Part shown: positions 1 through 10,739 of the stretch, piece by piece | Numbering within the stretch: the stretch's first letter is position 1 | Layout of the letters: the number at the start of each line of letters is the position of its first letter | Assembly (NCBI GenBank): GCA_963692865.2 | Contig: OY843592.1 | Coordinates: forward strand, 1,984,001-2,048,000 | From: a bacterium | GTDB taxonomy: Bacteria; UBA8248 | DNA length: 64,000 nt | Direction of reading: 5' to 3' | Made by a program: the position numbers and the translations under genes | The notes under the pieces: generated by a model | The model's database searches: none | What the model was told of the DNA's origin: nothing | What the model saw: only the letters and a program-made list of their open reading frames with translations

Positions 1-2
1 TA

Positions 3-404
3 TCCCTGCAACTGCTCCAGGATGAGCTTTCGGCGGCGGAACTCACGCCTCCCAAAGACGGCACGTTTCTCTTCACGGGCGGGCATTTCAAGCGCACCTA
101 TCCGACGGATGAGTATCTCAACACGTATCCGGGACTGGGCTATGACGCCGCGAACTTCCTCTACCGCGAATGCGGCGTGGTGAACATCGGCCAGGATGCG
201 CCCAGCATCGACGCCGGCGTGAACACCATCGAACTGACGTTTCCCTGCCACGTGCTGTGCCGGGAGCTTCAGCGCCACAACACGGAAAATCTCGCGAACA
301 TCGAAGCGGTGGCGGGAAAGGAATTCCTCTACGTGGGACTGCCGCTCAAGATTCGCGATGGCACGGGCTCTCCCATACGCGCCGTCGCCGTCATGAATCT
401 TTGA
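3..404 (+). CDS. Cyclase family (kynurenine formamidase-like) protein, 5'-truncated by window edge
   Basis: Frame is open from position 3 (SLQLLQDEL...YPGLGYDAA...IGQDAPSID...ENLANI...LPLKIRDGTGSPIRAVA); the C-terminal GSPxRAVA motif is typical of the cyclase family. Confidence 0.85.
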   Translation, partial: SLQLLQDELSAAELTPPKDGTFLFTGGHFKRTYPTDEYLNTYPGLGYDAANFLYRECGVVNIGQDAPSIDAGVNTIELTFPCHVLCRELQRHNTENLANIEAVAGKEFLYVGLPLKIRDGTGSPIRAVAVMNL

Positions 405-528
405 GCAAGCGCGGGTATCCTCGCCTGCATCAAGAGTGAGTTGAAGGCGAGCGGCCTCCGGAATCGCTTTGCCGTCGCCGCGTTTCTTTGAACTGGAAGG
501 TTTCTCGTTTCGTGAGGAGATTTGGGAC

Positions 529-879
529 ATGTCGAAGACAGTGGATTGGTACTACCATCGCTCCGGCTGAAAGACCTGCGCCAAGACGCAAGCGTTTCTT
601 GCGGAAAATGGTATCGAGGTTTCCGAGCAGGCCAACTCGAAAAAAGACGTGGTGGATGAGGGCAACGTCGATTCCGTACTGACCGGAGTGTCGGACGTGT
701 ATTCGACCAAGAGCAGAAAAGTGATTCACCTGAACATCAAGAAAGAAAATCCTGCGCGCGAAGACGTGCTGGCCCTGTTGATGGGCCGCTCGGGCACGCT
801 CAGGGCGCCGGTCGTCAAACGCGGGAAAGCCCTCATCGTCGGCTTCGATGAGGAAACCTACGCAAAGGTATTGAAATAA
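529..879 (+). CDS. ArsC/Spx-like thioredoxin-fold probable selenoprotein (UxxC; in-frame TGA at 568-570)
   Basis: RBS GAGGAG then ATG529; reads MSKTVDWYYHRSG-TGA-KTCAKTQAFL... in frame with ORF 649-879, which has the ArsC-like G(T)LRAPVV...LIVGFDEE; TGA sits at the first Cys of the CxxC. Confidence 0.85.
571..604 (+). promoter_or_regulatory. Candidate bacterial SECIS hairpin for the ArsC-like gene
   Basis: CGCAAG-CGTTT-CTTGCG stem-loop (alternative pairing CAAGACGC/GCGTTTCTTG) shortly 3' of the TGA. Confidence 0.45.
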
Positions 880-894
880 GCCTTATCCGGTGGC

Positions 895-2349
895 TTAGAG
901 GGCCAACTGGCCCTGGGTGGGTTCCGCTCAGCAGAACCACGATTCGGTGAGGCGGGGCGGGCGGATTCGGTCGGGCGCGAAGAAAGCCTTTGGATGCGCC
1001 TGCTCGGGGCGTTCGAGAACGTCGGCCGCCAATTCGCGAATCCTCGCAAAGGTCACGGCGGCGTCCTCCTGGCGCGCCGCCGCATCTTCTGCCAGCAGAA
1101 GCGCCTCCTCGTGCAGTTTGTCCATTCTCCCGTCCGGGTGTTCCCAGCGGTAGATGAAATTCTCGGGGTCGAGTTCGGTGACGTATCTCTCCATGTGGGG
1201 GGAGCGGAGCAGGTGGGAGCCCGGCGGAACGAGCAGGCGGATGGCCATCTGAATGGGGTCGACCTCGTCGATCAGGGCGTACTCTTCGATGAAATCCAGC
1301 AGATCGAAATAATCCTGCGCGCTCGTCCAGGGCGTGAATGCGACCAGAGACGGCCTGATGGAGACGCGCGCCTCTCTGGCGGCTTTCACGGCGCGAAAGA
1401 CGTCTTCCTTGTCGTGTCCCTTAACCAGATGACGAAGTACGGCGTCGCTCAGGGATTCGACCGCCGTTACGAAAAACGCGCATCCGTTTTCTCTGAACTC
1501 GGGCAAAAGCTCCTCGTGCTTGAGGAGGTGCTCCACCTTGGCCGTGAAGTCGAAGGTGAGAGCCGGAAACCGCTCGTGCATGGCGCGGGCGAGGCGCAGC
1601 GCGTGAGCGGGGCCGTTCAGGAAATCCGGGTCCGCGAAGGTGATGTGGCGCGCCCCTTGGGCCGCCAAATCTTCGATGTCCTCCAGAACCTTATCTTTCG
1701 GCACGATGAAGAAACGCCCGTCGTAGACCGGCGGAATGGGGCAATGGAGGCACAAATGCTTGCAGCCCCGGCTCGCCTCGACGGCTCCGGCGGGGTAGCG
1801 CTCCCCATCCTTCTCGAGATGGGCGTATGCCTGAAGCGCGGGCAACCCCTCTCGCTCGGGCTTTAGCAGGGGGAATTTTTCGAGATACGGGCCGGATGCG
1901 CGCTCTCTCGTGGCCGCACCCGGAGCGTCGATGTTATCAGAGGCTTGGGACAGCCCTTGAACGAGCTTCACGAGCGGCAGCTCGAACTCGCCGCCGATCG
2001 CCGAATCCCCCCCGTTTTCAAGTAGATAGTCCTTGTTGAGCAGGCCGTAGAGGCCATAGAAGCAGATATGGCACCCCGGGTTCGTCTCGCGTACTTTCGC
2101 GGCCACCTCCACGCCGAGCCTGAGCGCGGTGTGCATCGGCACGCTGATGCCGACGAATTTCGCCTTTTCGATTTTTTCCGGCGAGAAATCCTCCGCCGCA
2201 ACGTCCATCGCCCAGGGCCGGAAGCCCGCCTCGCGCAGAAAAGCCAGCGGCGAGGCGACGCCCAGAGGCTGGTGACCCAGCTCATAACAGGAGATGAGGA
2301 CGACGGCGCCGGGCGCTCGCCAATCAGATATCGTATCGGTTCGGTTCAC
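895..2349 (-). CDS. CUAEP/CCAEP-tail B12-binding radical SAM probable selenoprotein (in-frame TGA at 928-930)
   Basis: N-terminal B12-binding-like domain (YELGHQPLG...SVPMHTALR); SRGCKHLCLHC CxxxCxxC motif; reading through TGA gives ...RLTESWFC-U-AEPTQGQLAL-TAA(895-897). Confidence 0.9.
899..914 (-). promoter_or_regulatory. Candidate SECIS hairpin for the radical SAM gene
   Basis: Minus strand AGGGCC-AGTT-GGCCCT, starting about 13 nt after the UGA, with a G in the apical loop. Confidence 0.6.
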
Positions 2350-2371
2350 GGCGAAATCTCTCGCGCGTCAT

Positions 2372-2405
2372 AAAAAAAGCCCCGGGCGCGTGGTGCCCGG
2401 GGCTT
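2372..2405 (-). terminator. Rho-independent terminator after the iscA/hesB-like gene
   Basis: AAGCCCCGGGC-ACCACGC-GCCCGGGGCTT followed by a T run on the minus strand. Confidence 0.8.
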
Positions 2406-2421
2406 GTAAGGCATTGTTTTA

Positions 2422-2805
2422 TCACGTAGTGAACGATTTGCCGCAGCCGCACATGCTCATGGCGTTGGGGTTGTTGACCTTGAAGCCCGAGCCCTGGAGG
2501 CTGTCGACAAAGTCGATTTCCGTGCCTGCGATGACGGGGTAGCTCTGGGGGTCCACGAATACGTCGAACCCGTCTGCGGAGAACACCTTATCGTCGGGGT
2601 TGGCGGATTCCTCGAAATACAGGCCGTAGTTGTAACCCGAGCACCCGCCCGCGGTGACGGCCAGACGCAGCCCGTGGCCGCTCTTGCCTTCCGCCTCGAG
2701 AATCTCCGCCACCTTCTGGTTGGCGATCGGCGTAACCGTAATGCCTTCAAGGGCTTGGGGTTTCTTTTGGGATTGATCGAACAACGTGACCGTTCCATCC
2801 GACAT
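2422..2805 (-). CDS. HesB/IscA/ErpA family Fe-S cluster assembly accessory protein
   Basis: LRLAVTAGGCSGYNY and NPNA...CGCGKSF motifs. Confidence 0.95.
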   Translation of the reverse strand: MSDGTVTLFDQSQKKPQALEGITVTPIANQKVAEILEAEGKSGHGLRLAVTAGGCSGYNYGLYFEESANPDDKVFSADGFDVFVDPQSYPVIAGTEIDFVDSLQGSGFKVNNPNAMSMCGCGKSFTT

Positions 2806-3028
2806 CGGTTGTTTCTCCTTGACCTTGATGAGGGCTGTTGATTTCTACCGACTTAGCGTAATGACCACATCTCAAATATACCTCATTTCGCCTTTTTTGC
2901 AAAGGCCGATCCCCATATATCCTTGAAATTCCGGCATATTCAAGGACGAAGCCGGTTTTGTCCTCCCAGGCGGGTGAGGAATCAATGCGAAGTCATCTTG
3001 GAATTCTTATTTTATTCCTTAATAAAAC

Positions 3029-3057
3029 TTGACATTATATGACTAAGATATTATATT
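3029..3057 (+). promoter_or_regulatory. Sigma70-type promoter upstream of clpB
   Basis: TTGACA-17 nt-TATATT in an AT-rich intergenic region. Confidence 0.7.
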
Positions 3058-3203
3058 TTCCTTGCGTCAGAAGCCTTGGCCGCCGCCGGTATACGGTATT
3101 GACGGGTTTTCAGGCGCTGAGAAATTTATCGAAAAACGGTGGAAATTTATCTGATTTTATCCAATTTTTCAGAAATTTTCACAAGAATTCGGAGCATGTT
3201 CTC

Positions 3204-5834
3204 ATGAATTTCGAGCAATTCACCCACAAGACGCAAGAGGCGCTCCAGCATGCCCAGGAGTCGGCCCGGACGCGGGGCCACCAGGGCGTCGCGCCCGCGC
3301 ACGTTCTCCTGTCGCTTCTGGATCAGCCCGAAGGCGTGCTCGCGCCGCTGGTCGAGAAGGCGGGGCTCAAAGTCCACGTCCTGAGCCGCGAACTCGAAGC
3401 CTCCCTGGAGAAGCTCCCGAAAATCACCGGAGGCGGCGCGCCCCAGTTTGTCACTCAGGAGTTGGCGGCGCTCTTTCAGGCGGCGGGGCGCGAGGCGAAG
3501 GCCATGGCGGATGAATACGTGAGCGGCGAGCATATTCTTCTGGCCGCGCTGGAAAGCGGCGGCGCGGATGTCGTGAAAATCCTGCGCGCGGCCGGTCTCG
3601 ACCGCGAGGCCGCCCTCGCGGCCTTGAAGGAGGTTCGCGGGAGCCAGAGGGTCTCCGATCAGAACGCGGAGAGCCGCTACCAGGCGCTCGAGCGTTTCGC
3701 GATCGATCTCACCGCGCAGGCCGGCGCCGGCAAGCTCGACCCCGTCGTGGGCCGCGAGGAGGAGATCAGGCGCGTCATGCAGGTGCTCTCCCGTCGCACG
3801 AAGAACAACCCGGTGCTCATCGGCGACCCCGGCGTGGGCAAGACGGCCATCGTCGAGGGCCTCGCCCGGCGGGTCGTGGAAGGCGACGTGCCCGAGGGCC
3901 TGAAACGCAAGCGCCTGCTCAGTCTCGACATCGGCTCGCTCATCGCGGGTTCCAAGTTCCGGGGCGAGTTCGAGGACAGGCTCAAGGCCGTGCTCAAGGA
4001 AGTGAGCGAATCGGACGGCGAAATCGTCTTGTTCATCGACGAGCTTCACACCGTCGTGGGCGCGGGAGCGGCGGAAGGGGCGGTGGACGCCTCGAACCTC
4101 CTGAAGCCCGCGCTCGCCCGTGGCGAACTCCACTGCGTGGGCGCCACCACGCTCGATGAATACCGGAAACACATCGAGAAGGACGCGGCGCTGGAGCGGC
4201 GCTTTCAGCCCGTGATGGTGGACGAGCCGGGCGCCGAGGACGCCGTATCCATCCTGCGCGGCTTGAAGGAGAAATACGAGATTCACCACGGCGTCCGCAT
4301 CCTGGACAACGCCCTGGTCGCCGCCGTCGCGCTCTCGCATCGCTACATCAGCGACCGCCATCTGCCGGACAAGGCCATCGACCTGATAGACGAGGCCGCG
4401 AGCGGCCTGCGCCTGGAACTGGACAGCCTTCCCCGGGAGATCGACCGGCAAGAGCGCGACCTTCTCAGGCTTCGAATCGAGGAGCGCGCCCTGGAGGGCG
4501 AACAGGACGAGGGAGGACGGGAGCGGCTGGCGCGGATACGCGAGCGAATCTCCTCTCTCGACGAGCAGAGCAAGGCGCAGCGGAACCGGTGGGCGGATGA
4601 GAAAAGCGCCATCTCCCGGGTGCGCGAACTCAAGGAGCGCGTCGAGGATTTGAAGGCGCAAGCCCAGCGCGCCGAGCGCGAGGGGGATTTGAGCCGGGCG
4701 GCGGAGCTTCGCTACGGCGAGATTATCGCGGCCGAGAAGGAAATGGCCGATTCGGAAGAAGAGCTCGAAAACAGAACCAACGGCCGCATGCTGAAAGAAG
4801 AGATTACCGAGGACGACGTGGCCGCCGTCGTGAGCCGCTGGACGGGCATCAACGTGAGCAGGCTCCTCGAGACGGAGCGTGAGAAGCTCCTGCGCATGGA
4901 GGAGAACATCCACAAGCGCGTCGTGGGCCAGGATAGGGCGGTGGAGGCCCTCGCAGAAGCCGTGCGCCGCGCCCGGGCGGGCATCATGGACGAGAACAGG
5001 CCCGTCGGTTCGTTCATCTTCCTGGGCCCCACCGGCGTGGGCAAGACCGAACTCGCCCGCGCGCTCGCCGAATTCCTCTTCGACGACGAGGCGGCGATGG
5101 TCCGCGTGGACATGAGCGAATACATGGAAAAACACGCCGTGGCCAGGCTCATCGGCGCTCCGCCGGGCTACGTCGGCTATGAAGAAGGCGGACAACTCAC
5201 CGAGGCCGTCCGGCGGAAGCCCTACTCGGTCGTGCTGCTGGATGAGATCGAAAAGGCGCACGCAGAGACCTTCAACCTGCTCCTGCAACTGCTCGACGAC
5301 GGGAGGCTCACGGACGGGCACGGCCGCACGGTCGATTTCCGAAACGCCGTCATCATCATGACGAGCAACGTGGGCACGGACGATCTTTCGAGAAACGAAA
5401 TCGGCTTCGTCGGAGGCGGGATACAGGAGGTCGACCAGTCCGAAGGGTTGCTCGCGTCGCTTCGCCGGGTGTTCCGGCCCGAGTTCCTGAACCGGGTGGA
5501 TGAGATCATCGTCTTCCGCCCGCTCACCAAGGAGCAGATCGGCGAGATCGTGGATATCCGGTTGCGCGACCTCGAAAGACGCCTGGAAGCGCAGAAGATC
5601 AGGCTGCGTCTCACGGACGCGGCAAAGAGCTTTCTGGCCGAGCGCGGCTACGACCCCGTCTACGGGGCGCGGCCGCTCAAGCGGGCGATTCAGACGTATG
5701 TCATGAACCCGCTCAGCAAGAAACTCCTCGCCGGGGAATTCGAGGCGGGAGAAACCGTGGAGGCCGACCACCCGGAGGGAGCGGATGCGCTCACTCTCGC
5801 CGTTCTCATGGAGGCCGAGGCGGTCAATACTTGA
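3204..5834 (+). CDS. clpB: ATP-dependent chaperone ClpB
   Basis: [14 protein letters not shown] start; two Walker A motifs ([16 protein letters not shown]); coiled-coil middle domain; [10 protein letters not shown]. Confidence 0.97.
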   Translation: MNFEQFTHKTQEALQHAQESARTRGHQGVAPAHVLLSLLDQPEGVLAPLVEKAGLKVHVLSRELEASLEKLPKITGGGAPQFVTQELAALFQAAGREAKAMADEYVSGEHILLAALESGGADVVKILRAAGLDREAALAALKEVRGSQRVSDQNAESRYQALERFAIDLTAQAGAGKLDPVVGREEEIRRVMQVLSRRTKNNPVLIGDPGVGKTAIVEGLARRVVEGDVPEGLKRKRLLSLDIGSLIAGSKFRGEFEDRLKAVLKEVSESDGEIVLFIDELHTVVGAGAAEGAVDASNLLKPALARGELHCVGATTLDEYRKHIEKDAALERRFQPVMVDEPGAEDAVSILRGLKEKYEIHHGVRILDNALVAAVALSHRYISDRHLPDKAIDLIDEAASGLRLELDSLPREIDRQERDLLRLRIEERALEGEQDEGGRERLARIRERISSLDEQSKAQRNRWADEKSAISRVRELKERVEDLKAQAQRAEREGDLSRAAELRYGEIIAAEKEMADSEEELENRTNGRMLKEEITEDDVAAVVSRWTGINVSRLLETEREKLLRMEENIHKRVVGQDRAVEALAEAVRRARAGIMDENRPVGSFIFLGPTGVGKTELARALAEFLFDDEAAMVRVDMSEYMEKHAVARLIGAPPGYVGYEEGGQLTEAVRRKPYSVVLLDEIEKAHAETFNLLLQLLDDGRLTDGHGRTVDFRNAVIIMTSNVGTDDLSRNEIGFVGGGIQEVDQSEGLLASLRRVFRPEFLNRVDEIIVFRPLTKEQIGEIVDIRLRDLERRLEAQKIRLRLTDAAKSFLAERGYDPVYGARPLKRAIQTYVMNPLSKKLLAGEFEAGETVEADHPEGADALTLAVLMEAEAVNT

Positions 5835-5848
5835 GTGCCGCAGGATGC

Positions 5849-6358
5849 GGGGTTGTAGAAAAACCCGCGGAAAGAGGGTTCGGTTTTGTAGGGTCAGGCA
5901 TATGTGTCTGACATACGGGGTTGTTGAAAAAGTCCGAACAGGCCCCTGTAAATAAGGAGTTTGTAGGGACAGGCCCCTGTGCCTGTCCTTGGGGAGCGCG
6001 ATCACGGAGATGGATATATCCGATACGGGCGGCCACGGGGGGCCGCCCCTACGCGAGACGTGATGGTTCTGTAGGGACAGGTCGCGACCTGTCCCTACGG
6101 TCGCCATGCGAGGGATGTGTAGGGGCCGCCGGTCGGGATTGACCCACCGCGCGGCATCGGGTTTCGCAAAACGCTTTGACGCCCTCATCCCGGGCAAGCG
6201 TCCCAAACCCTCACCCTGAGTAGCCGCCGAAGGCGGCGTATCGAAGGGCGAAGGGAGTCGAACGCTTCGCGCCGGGGCGAGAAGGCATCCTTCGATACGC
6301 GGCTTCGCCGCTACTCAGGATGAGGCGGAGCGGCCTCAATGGGGGAGTGAAAAAAACC
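5849..6358. repeat. Composite intergenic repeat mosaic (MITE ends plus GTAG/CGTC-type palindromes)
   Basis: GGGGTTGTTGAAAAA, GTAGGGACAGGTCGCGACCTGTCCCTAC and an inverted pair of CCTCACCCTGAGTAGCCGCCGAAGGCGGCGTATCGAAGG modules. Confidence 0.85.
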
Positions 6359-6527
6359 AGGTATGAGGGAATAGTTTTGGAGAAGGAATGATGAATTGAC
6401 CGGCAAGGAGAAGTCGTCAACTCAAGTATGTAATTCCCGAAAAATTTTGGTTTTATTATCGACGGACAAACCGGATTTTCCAGGAGTGATAAATTCAAGT
6501 TTGGAGATAAGATAAGGAGAAAGATTG

Positions 6528-8444
6528 ATGTCGAAGGTAATCGGAATCGATTTGGGCACCACCAACTCGGTCGTCTCCGTCATGGAGGGTGGTCAGCCTA
6601 CGGTCATCGCCAACCAGGAGGGCAACCGCACGACGCCCAGCGTCGTGGCGTTCACGGACGACGGCGAGAAGCTCGTCGGCCTCGTGGCGAAGCGCCAGGC
6701 GGTGACCAACCCGACCAAGACCATCTATTCCGCAAAACGCTTCATGGGCCGGCGATTCGCCGAGGTGCCCGAGGAAGTCACCATCGTGCCGTATGAGGTC
6801 GTGAAGGCGGACAGCGGCGACGCGCGCATCAAGATCGACGGCAAGGAGCACGCCCCTCCCGAGATATCGGCCAGCGTGCTGCAAAAGCTCAAGCAGGCCG
6901 CGGAGGACTACCTGGGCGAGCAGGTGACGGAAGCGGTCGTCACGGTGCCCGCGTATTTCAACGACAGCCAGCGGCAGGCGACGAAAGACGCCGGCAAAAT
7001 CGCAGGGCTGAACGTCCAGCGCATCATCAACGAGCCCACGGCCGCCGCACTCGCCTACGGACTCGACAAGAAGGCGGATCAGACCATCGCCGTGTACGAC
7101 TTCGGCGGCGGCACGTTCGACATCTCCATCCTCGAGGTGGGGGACAACGTGGTCGAGGTGAAGGCCACGAACGGCGACACGCACCTGGGCGGCGACAACA
7201 TCGACCACCGGATCATCGAGTGGATGGCCGAGGAGTTCAAGAAGGATCAGGGAATCGACATCTCCGGCGACCCCATGGCGCTCCAGCGCCTGCGCGAGGA
7301 ATCCGAAAAAGCGAAGATCGAGCTTTCGAGCTCGATGGAAACGACCATCAACCTGCCCTTCATCACGGCGGACGCCTCGGGCCCCAAGCACCTGAACCTG
7401 AAGCTCACGCGCGCGAAGCTCGAGCAACTGACCGGCGACCTGGTGGAGAAGACGCTGGCGCCCTGCCGCCGCGCGCTGGATGACGCCAAGGTCCAGCCCG
7501 GCGACATCGACGAGGTGGTGCTGGTGGGCGGTTCGACGCGGATGCCGCTGGTGCAGGAGACGGTGGAGAAATTTTTCGGAAAAGAGCCCCACAAGGGCGT
7601 GAATCCCGACGAGGTCGTGGCGGTCGGCGCGGGCGTGCAGGGCGGCGTGCTCGCCGGAGACGTGAAGGACGTTCTGCTGCTCGACGTCACCCCCCTCTCT
7701 TTGGGCATCGAAACCCTGGGCGGCGTTTCCACCAGGCTCATCGAGCGCAACACGACGATTCCGGTCAAGAAGAGCGAGACCTTCTCGACTGCGGCGGACA
7801 ACCAGCCCTCCGTCGAGGTGCACGTGCTTCAAGGCGAGCGCGAGATGGCCTCGGGCAACCGATCGCTGGGCAAGTTCCACCTGGTCGGTATCCCCGCCGC
7901 GCCCCGGGGCGTTCCCCAGATCGAGGTGACGTTCGACATCGACGCCAACGGCATCGTGAACGTCTCCGCCAAGGACCTGGGCACCAGCAAGGAGCAGGCG
8001 ATCACCATCACGAGTTCGAGCGGCCTCTCCGAGGAGGAGATCAACAACATGGTCGCCGACGCGGACGAGCACGCGGAAGAGGACAAGAAACGCCGCGAGG
8101 CCGTCGAGGCGAGAAACACGGCCGACAGCATGGCCTACGGCACGGAGAAGATGCTCAAGGAGAACGAGGAGAAGGTTTCGGCCGAGGACAAGAAAGAAAT
8201 CGAAGACGCCATCGCCGCGCTCCGGGCGGTACTGGAGAAAGAGGACGCGACGGTGGATGAGATCAAGGAGGCGCAGGAGAAACTCGAGGCGGCCTCGCAC
8301 AAGCTCGCGCAGGCGATGTACGAGCAGGCGAGTCAGGCCGAAGGCGCCGCCGACGCGCCCGAGTCAGACGGCGGGGCGAACGGCGCGGCCGCGGGCGACG
8401 TCGTGGATGCGGAGTTCGAGGAAGTGGACAAGGACAAGTCCTGA
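6528..8444 (+). CDS. dnaK: Molecular chaperone DnaK
   Basis: [35 protein letters not shown] motifs; DAEFEEV tail. Confidence 0.99.
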   Translation: MSKVIGIDLGTTNSVVSVMEGGQPTVIANQEGNRTTPSVVAFTDDGEKLVGLVAKRQAVTNPTKTIYSAKRFMGRRFAEVPEEVTIVPYEVVKADSGDARIKIDGKEHAPPEISASVLQKLKQAAEDYLGEQVTEAVVTVPAYFNDSQRQATKDAGKIAGLNVQRIINEPTAAALAYGLDKKADQTIAVYDFGGGTFDISILEVGDNVVEVKATNGDTHLGGDNIDHRIIEWMAEEFKKDQGIDISGDPMALQRLREESEKAKIELSSSMETTINLPFITADASGPKHLNLKLTRAKLEQLTGDLVEKTLAPCRRALDDAKVQPGDIDEVVLVGGSTRMPLVQETVEKFFGKEPHKGVNPDEVVAVGAGVQGGVLAGDVKDVLLLDVTPLSLGIETLGGVSTRLIERNTTIPVKKSETFSTAADNQPSVEVHVLQGEREMASGNRSLGKFHLVGIPAAPRGVPQIEVTFDIDANGIVNVSAKDLGTSKEQAITITSSSGLSEEEINNMVADADEHAEEDKKRREAVEARNTADSMAYGTEKMLKENEEKVSAEDKKEIEDAIAALRAVLEKEDATVDEIKEAQEKLEAASHKLAQAMYEQASQAEGAADAPESDGGANGAAAGDVVDAEFEEVDKDKS

Positions 8445-8468
8445 GCGTCCTGCCCGGATGAGGATGGT

Positions 8469-9422
8469 ATGGCGAAGCGTGATTATTACGAAGTGCTGGA
8501 AATCGACCGAAGCGTTTCGGACGCGGAACTGAAGCGCGCCTTCAAGAAGCTGGCGCGCAAGTATCACCCCGACGTCAACCCGGGGGATGCGAAGGCGGAA
8601 GAGCGCTTCAAGGAGATCAGCGAGGCCTACGCCGTCCTCTCGGACCCGGAGAAGCGCAGAAAATACGACGCCATGGGGCATGCCGCCTTCGGCGGGGGCA
8701 GTCCCTGGGGCGATGGCGCCCCGCCCGGCATGGAGGACATTCTGCGCGAATTCGGCCTGGGCGATATTTTCGGCGGAATTTTCGGCGGTGCGCGCGGCGG
8801 CGCGGCGCATGGCGGCTTCCGCGCGGAGCCCCAGGCCCCCCGGCGGGGCCAGGACGTGAACTACTCGATGGAGATCGGTTTCGACGATTCCCTGAAGGGG
8901 CTCAACACCACCATCACCGTGCCCAAGACCACGCAGGAGAACGGGAAAATCCAGCACACCACCGAGCGCATCCAGGTGAAGATACCGCCCGGCGTCTCGA
9001 ACGGCTCGCGCATCCGCCTTGCGGGCAAGGGAGAAGCCTCCCTGAACGGCGGGCCGCAGGGGGACCTCTTCATCGTCACGAAGGTGCGGGAGCATCCTTT
9101 CTTCGAGCGCAAGGGGGACAATCTGTACCTCGATCTTCCCGTCAGCCTCGGCGAGGCGCTGCTGGGCGCGCGCGTGGAGATAAACACTTTCGATGGGGCG
9201 ACGAAGATGACGATTCCCCCATCGACCCAGAACGGCCAGGTGTTCCGCCTTACGGGAAAGGGGGCGCCGAAGCTCAAGGCCTCCGGCAAGGGCGATTTGT
9301 TCATCAGGGTCCAGGTGCTTCTGCCGGATAAGATGGACGAGGAGAGCAAGGAGATCGTCCGCGAACTCGAACGGCGCAACCCCACGTCGCCGCGGGCGAA
9401 CATGACGGGCGTGAGCATGTAG
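8469..9422 (+). CDS. Class B J-domain co-chaperone (CbpA/DnaJ2-like, no Zn finger)
   Basis: J domain with HPD, G/F-rich linker and DnaJ C-terminal domains; no CxxCxGxG repeats. Confidence 0.92.
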   Translation: MAKRDYYEVLEIDRSVSDAELKRAFKKLARKYHPDVNPGDAKAEERFKEISEAYAVLSDPEKRRKYDAMGHAAFGGGSPWGDGAPPGMEDILREFGLGDIFGGIFGGARGGAAHGGFRAEPQAPRRGQDVNYSMEIGFDDSLKGLNTTITVPKTTQENGKIQHTTERIQVKIPPGVSNGSRIRLAGKGEASLNGGPQGDLFIVTKVREHPFFERKGDNLYLDLPVSLGEALLGARVEINTFDGATKMTIPPSTQNGQVFRLTGKGAPKLKASGKGDLFIRVQVLLPDKMDEESKEIVRELERRNPTSPRANMTGVSM

Positions 9423-9453
9423 TGATGGATACGGGCGTACGCGGGAGAGGACT

Positions 9454-9861
9454 ATGGCGCGTAGAGGCGTAAGGAACGGGCGCTACACCATAAGTGCTGT
9501 GGCCGAGATGTTCGAGATTCACCAGCAGACGCTCAGGATGTATGAGCGCGAGGGCCTCATCGAGCCGAACCGCAGCAAGGGCGGCACGCGCTATTACTCC
9601 GAAGAAGACATCGATCAGCTCGAAGTCATCATGGCGCTCACGCGGGACATGGGCGTGAACCTGGCGGGCGTGCAGGTCATCATCGAGCTTCGCGAGAAGC
9701 TCATGAGCGCGCTCGAACGTCTGGGGGAACTCGAGGAGTTGATAGAGAGCCGGGCGTTCGAGGACTTGCGCGAGCGGATGAGCAGCGCAACGCCCGAGAT
9801 GCAGGCCATGATACCTTCGGTCGCCGCCAAACTCGTGCGCGTCAGGAGGAGGCGGTTGTGA
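9454..9861 (+). CDS. hspR: MerR family heat-shock repressor HspR
   Basis: [36 protein letters not shown] and GVNLAGV, located in the dnaK operon. Confidence 0.88.
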   Translation: MARRGVRNGRYTISAVAEMFEIHQQTLRMYEREGLIEPNRSKGGTRYYSEEDIDQLEVIMALTRDMGVNLAGVQVIIELREKLMSALERLGELEELIESRAFEDLRERMSSATPEMQAMIPSVAAKLVRVRRRRL

Positions 9862-10718
9862 GCACGAATTCCATCAAATCCTTTTTGCTGCTCGGTTTGT
9901 TGACGGGGCTGATTCTGCTGCTCGGCAATCTTCTCGGCGGAACGACCGGGCTGGTCATCGCCCTGGTGCTCGCGGTGGGCATAAACGGCTACAGCTATTG
10001 GTATTCGGACAAGATCGTTCTCGCCAGCACGGGCGCGAGCGAGGTGTTGCCCGAACACGCGCCGGAGCTCTACGGCATGGTGGCGGACCTGGCAAGGCGC
10101 GCGAACCTGCCCATGCCGCGCGTCTACGTGATTCCCGAGGACGCGCCGAACGCCTTCGCCACGGGCAGAAACCCCGAGAACGCCGCCGTCGCCTTCACCG
10201 AGGGGATTTTGCGCGATCTGAACCGCGAGGAACTCGAAGGCGTCGCCGCGCACGAACTCGCCCACATCAAGAACCGCGACATTCTTTTGAGCACCATCGC
10301 CGCATCCCTGGCGGGCGCCATCATGTATCTCGCGCAGATGGCGCAGTTCGCCGCGTTCTTCGGCGCCTACGGCAGGGACGACGACGAGGAGGGCGGCGGC
10401 GGAGGCCTGCTGGGCATCATCGTGGCCGCGATAGTCGCTCCCATCGCGGCCACGCTGCTCCAGATGGCGGTGAGCCGTTCGCGCGAATATCTCGCCGACG
10501 CCACGGGCGCGCAGATCGCGGGCACGCCGGTAGGCCTTGCGAACGCCCTGCATCGTCTGGACGAGGCCGCCCACCGCGAGGAGCTTCACTGCGCGAGCGA
10601 GGCGACGGCCCACATGTACATCGTCAACCCGCTCGCGGGCGGTGGTCTGGCGAATCTGTTCAGCACGCACCCGCCGATGGAGGAGCGGATTCGGCGGCTC
10701 ATGGAAATGAGATACTAG
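9858..10718 (+). CDS. htpX: Zinc metalloprotease HtpX
   Basis: [24 protein letters not shown] and LFSTHPP motifs. Confidence 0.96.
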   Translation: MSTNSIKSFLLLGLLTGLILLLGNLLGGTTGLVIALVLAVGINGYSYWYSDKIVLASTGASEVLPEHAPELYGMVADLARRANLPMPRVYVIPEDAPNAFATGRNPENAAVAFTEGILRDLNREELEGVAAHELAHIKNRDILLSTIAASLAGAIMYLAQMAQFAAFFGAYGRDDDEEGGGGGLLGIIVAAIVAPIAATLLQMAVSRSREYLADATGAQIAGTPVGLANALHRLDEAAHREELHCASEATAHMYIVNPLAGGGLANLFSTHPPMEERIRRLMEMRY

Positions 10719-10739
10719 GATCCGGGAGGAAGTCGTTTC

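Noticed and set aside
2422-2805. HesB-like gene as a third selenoprotein
   Set aside because: All conserved positions are Cys codons and there is no in-frame TGA.
3039-3203. N-terminal extensions given by the ORF track for clpB (also queA, the TorD gene, attH, the M24 peptidase and VOC)
   Set aside because: Family resemblance begins at downstream starts; the extensions cover promoter DNA or neighbouring genes.
3147-8300. Very long antisense ORFs opposite clpB (1019 aa) and dnaK (601 aa); similar ones opposite htpX/grpE, dnaJ, korA and the Mo enzymes
   Set aside because: Expected shadow of high-GC3 codon usage; they have no motifs of their own and fully overlap unambiguous genes.
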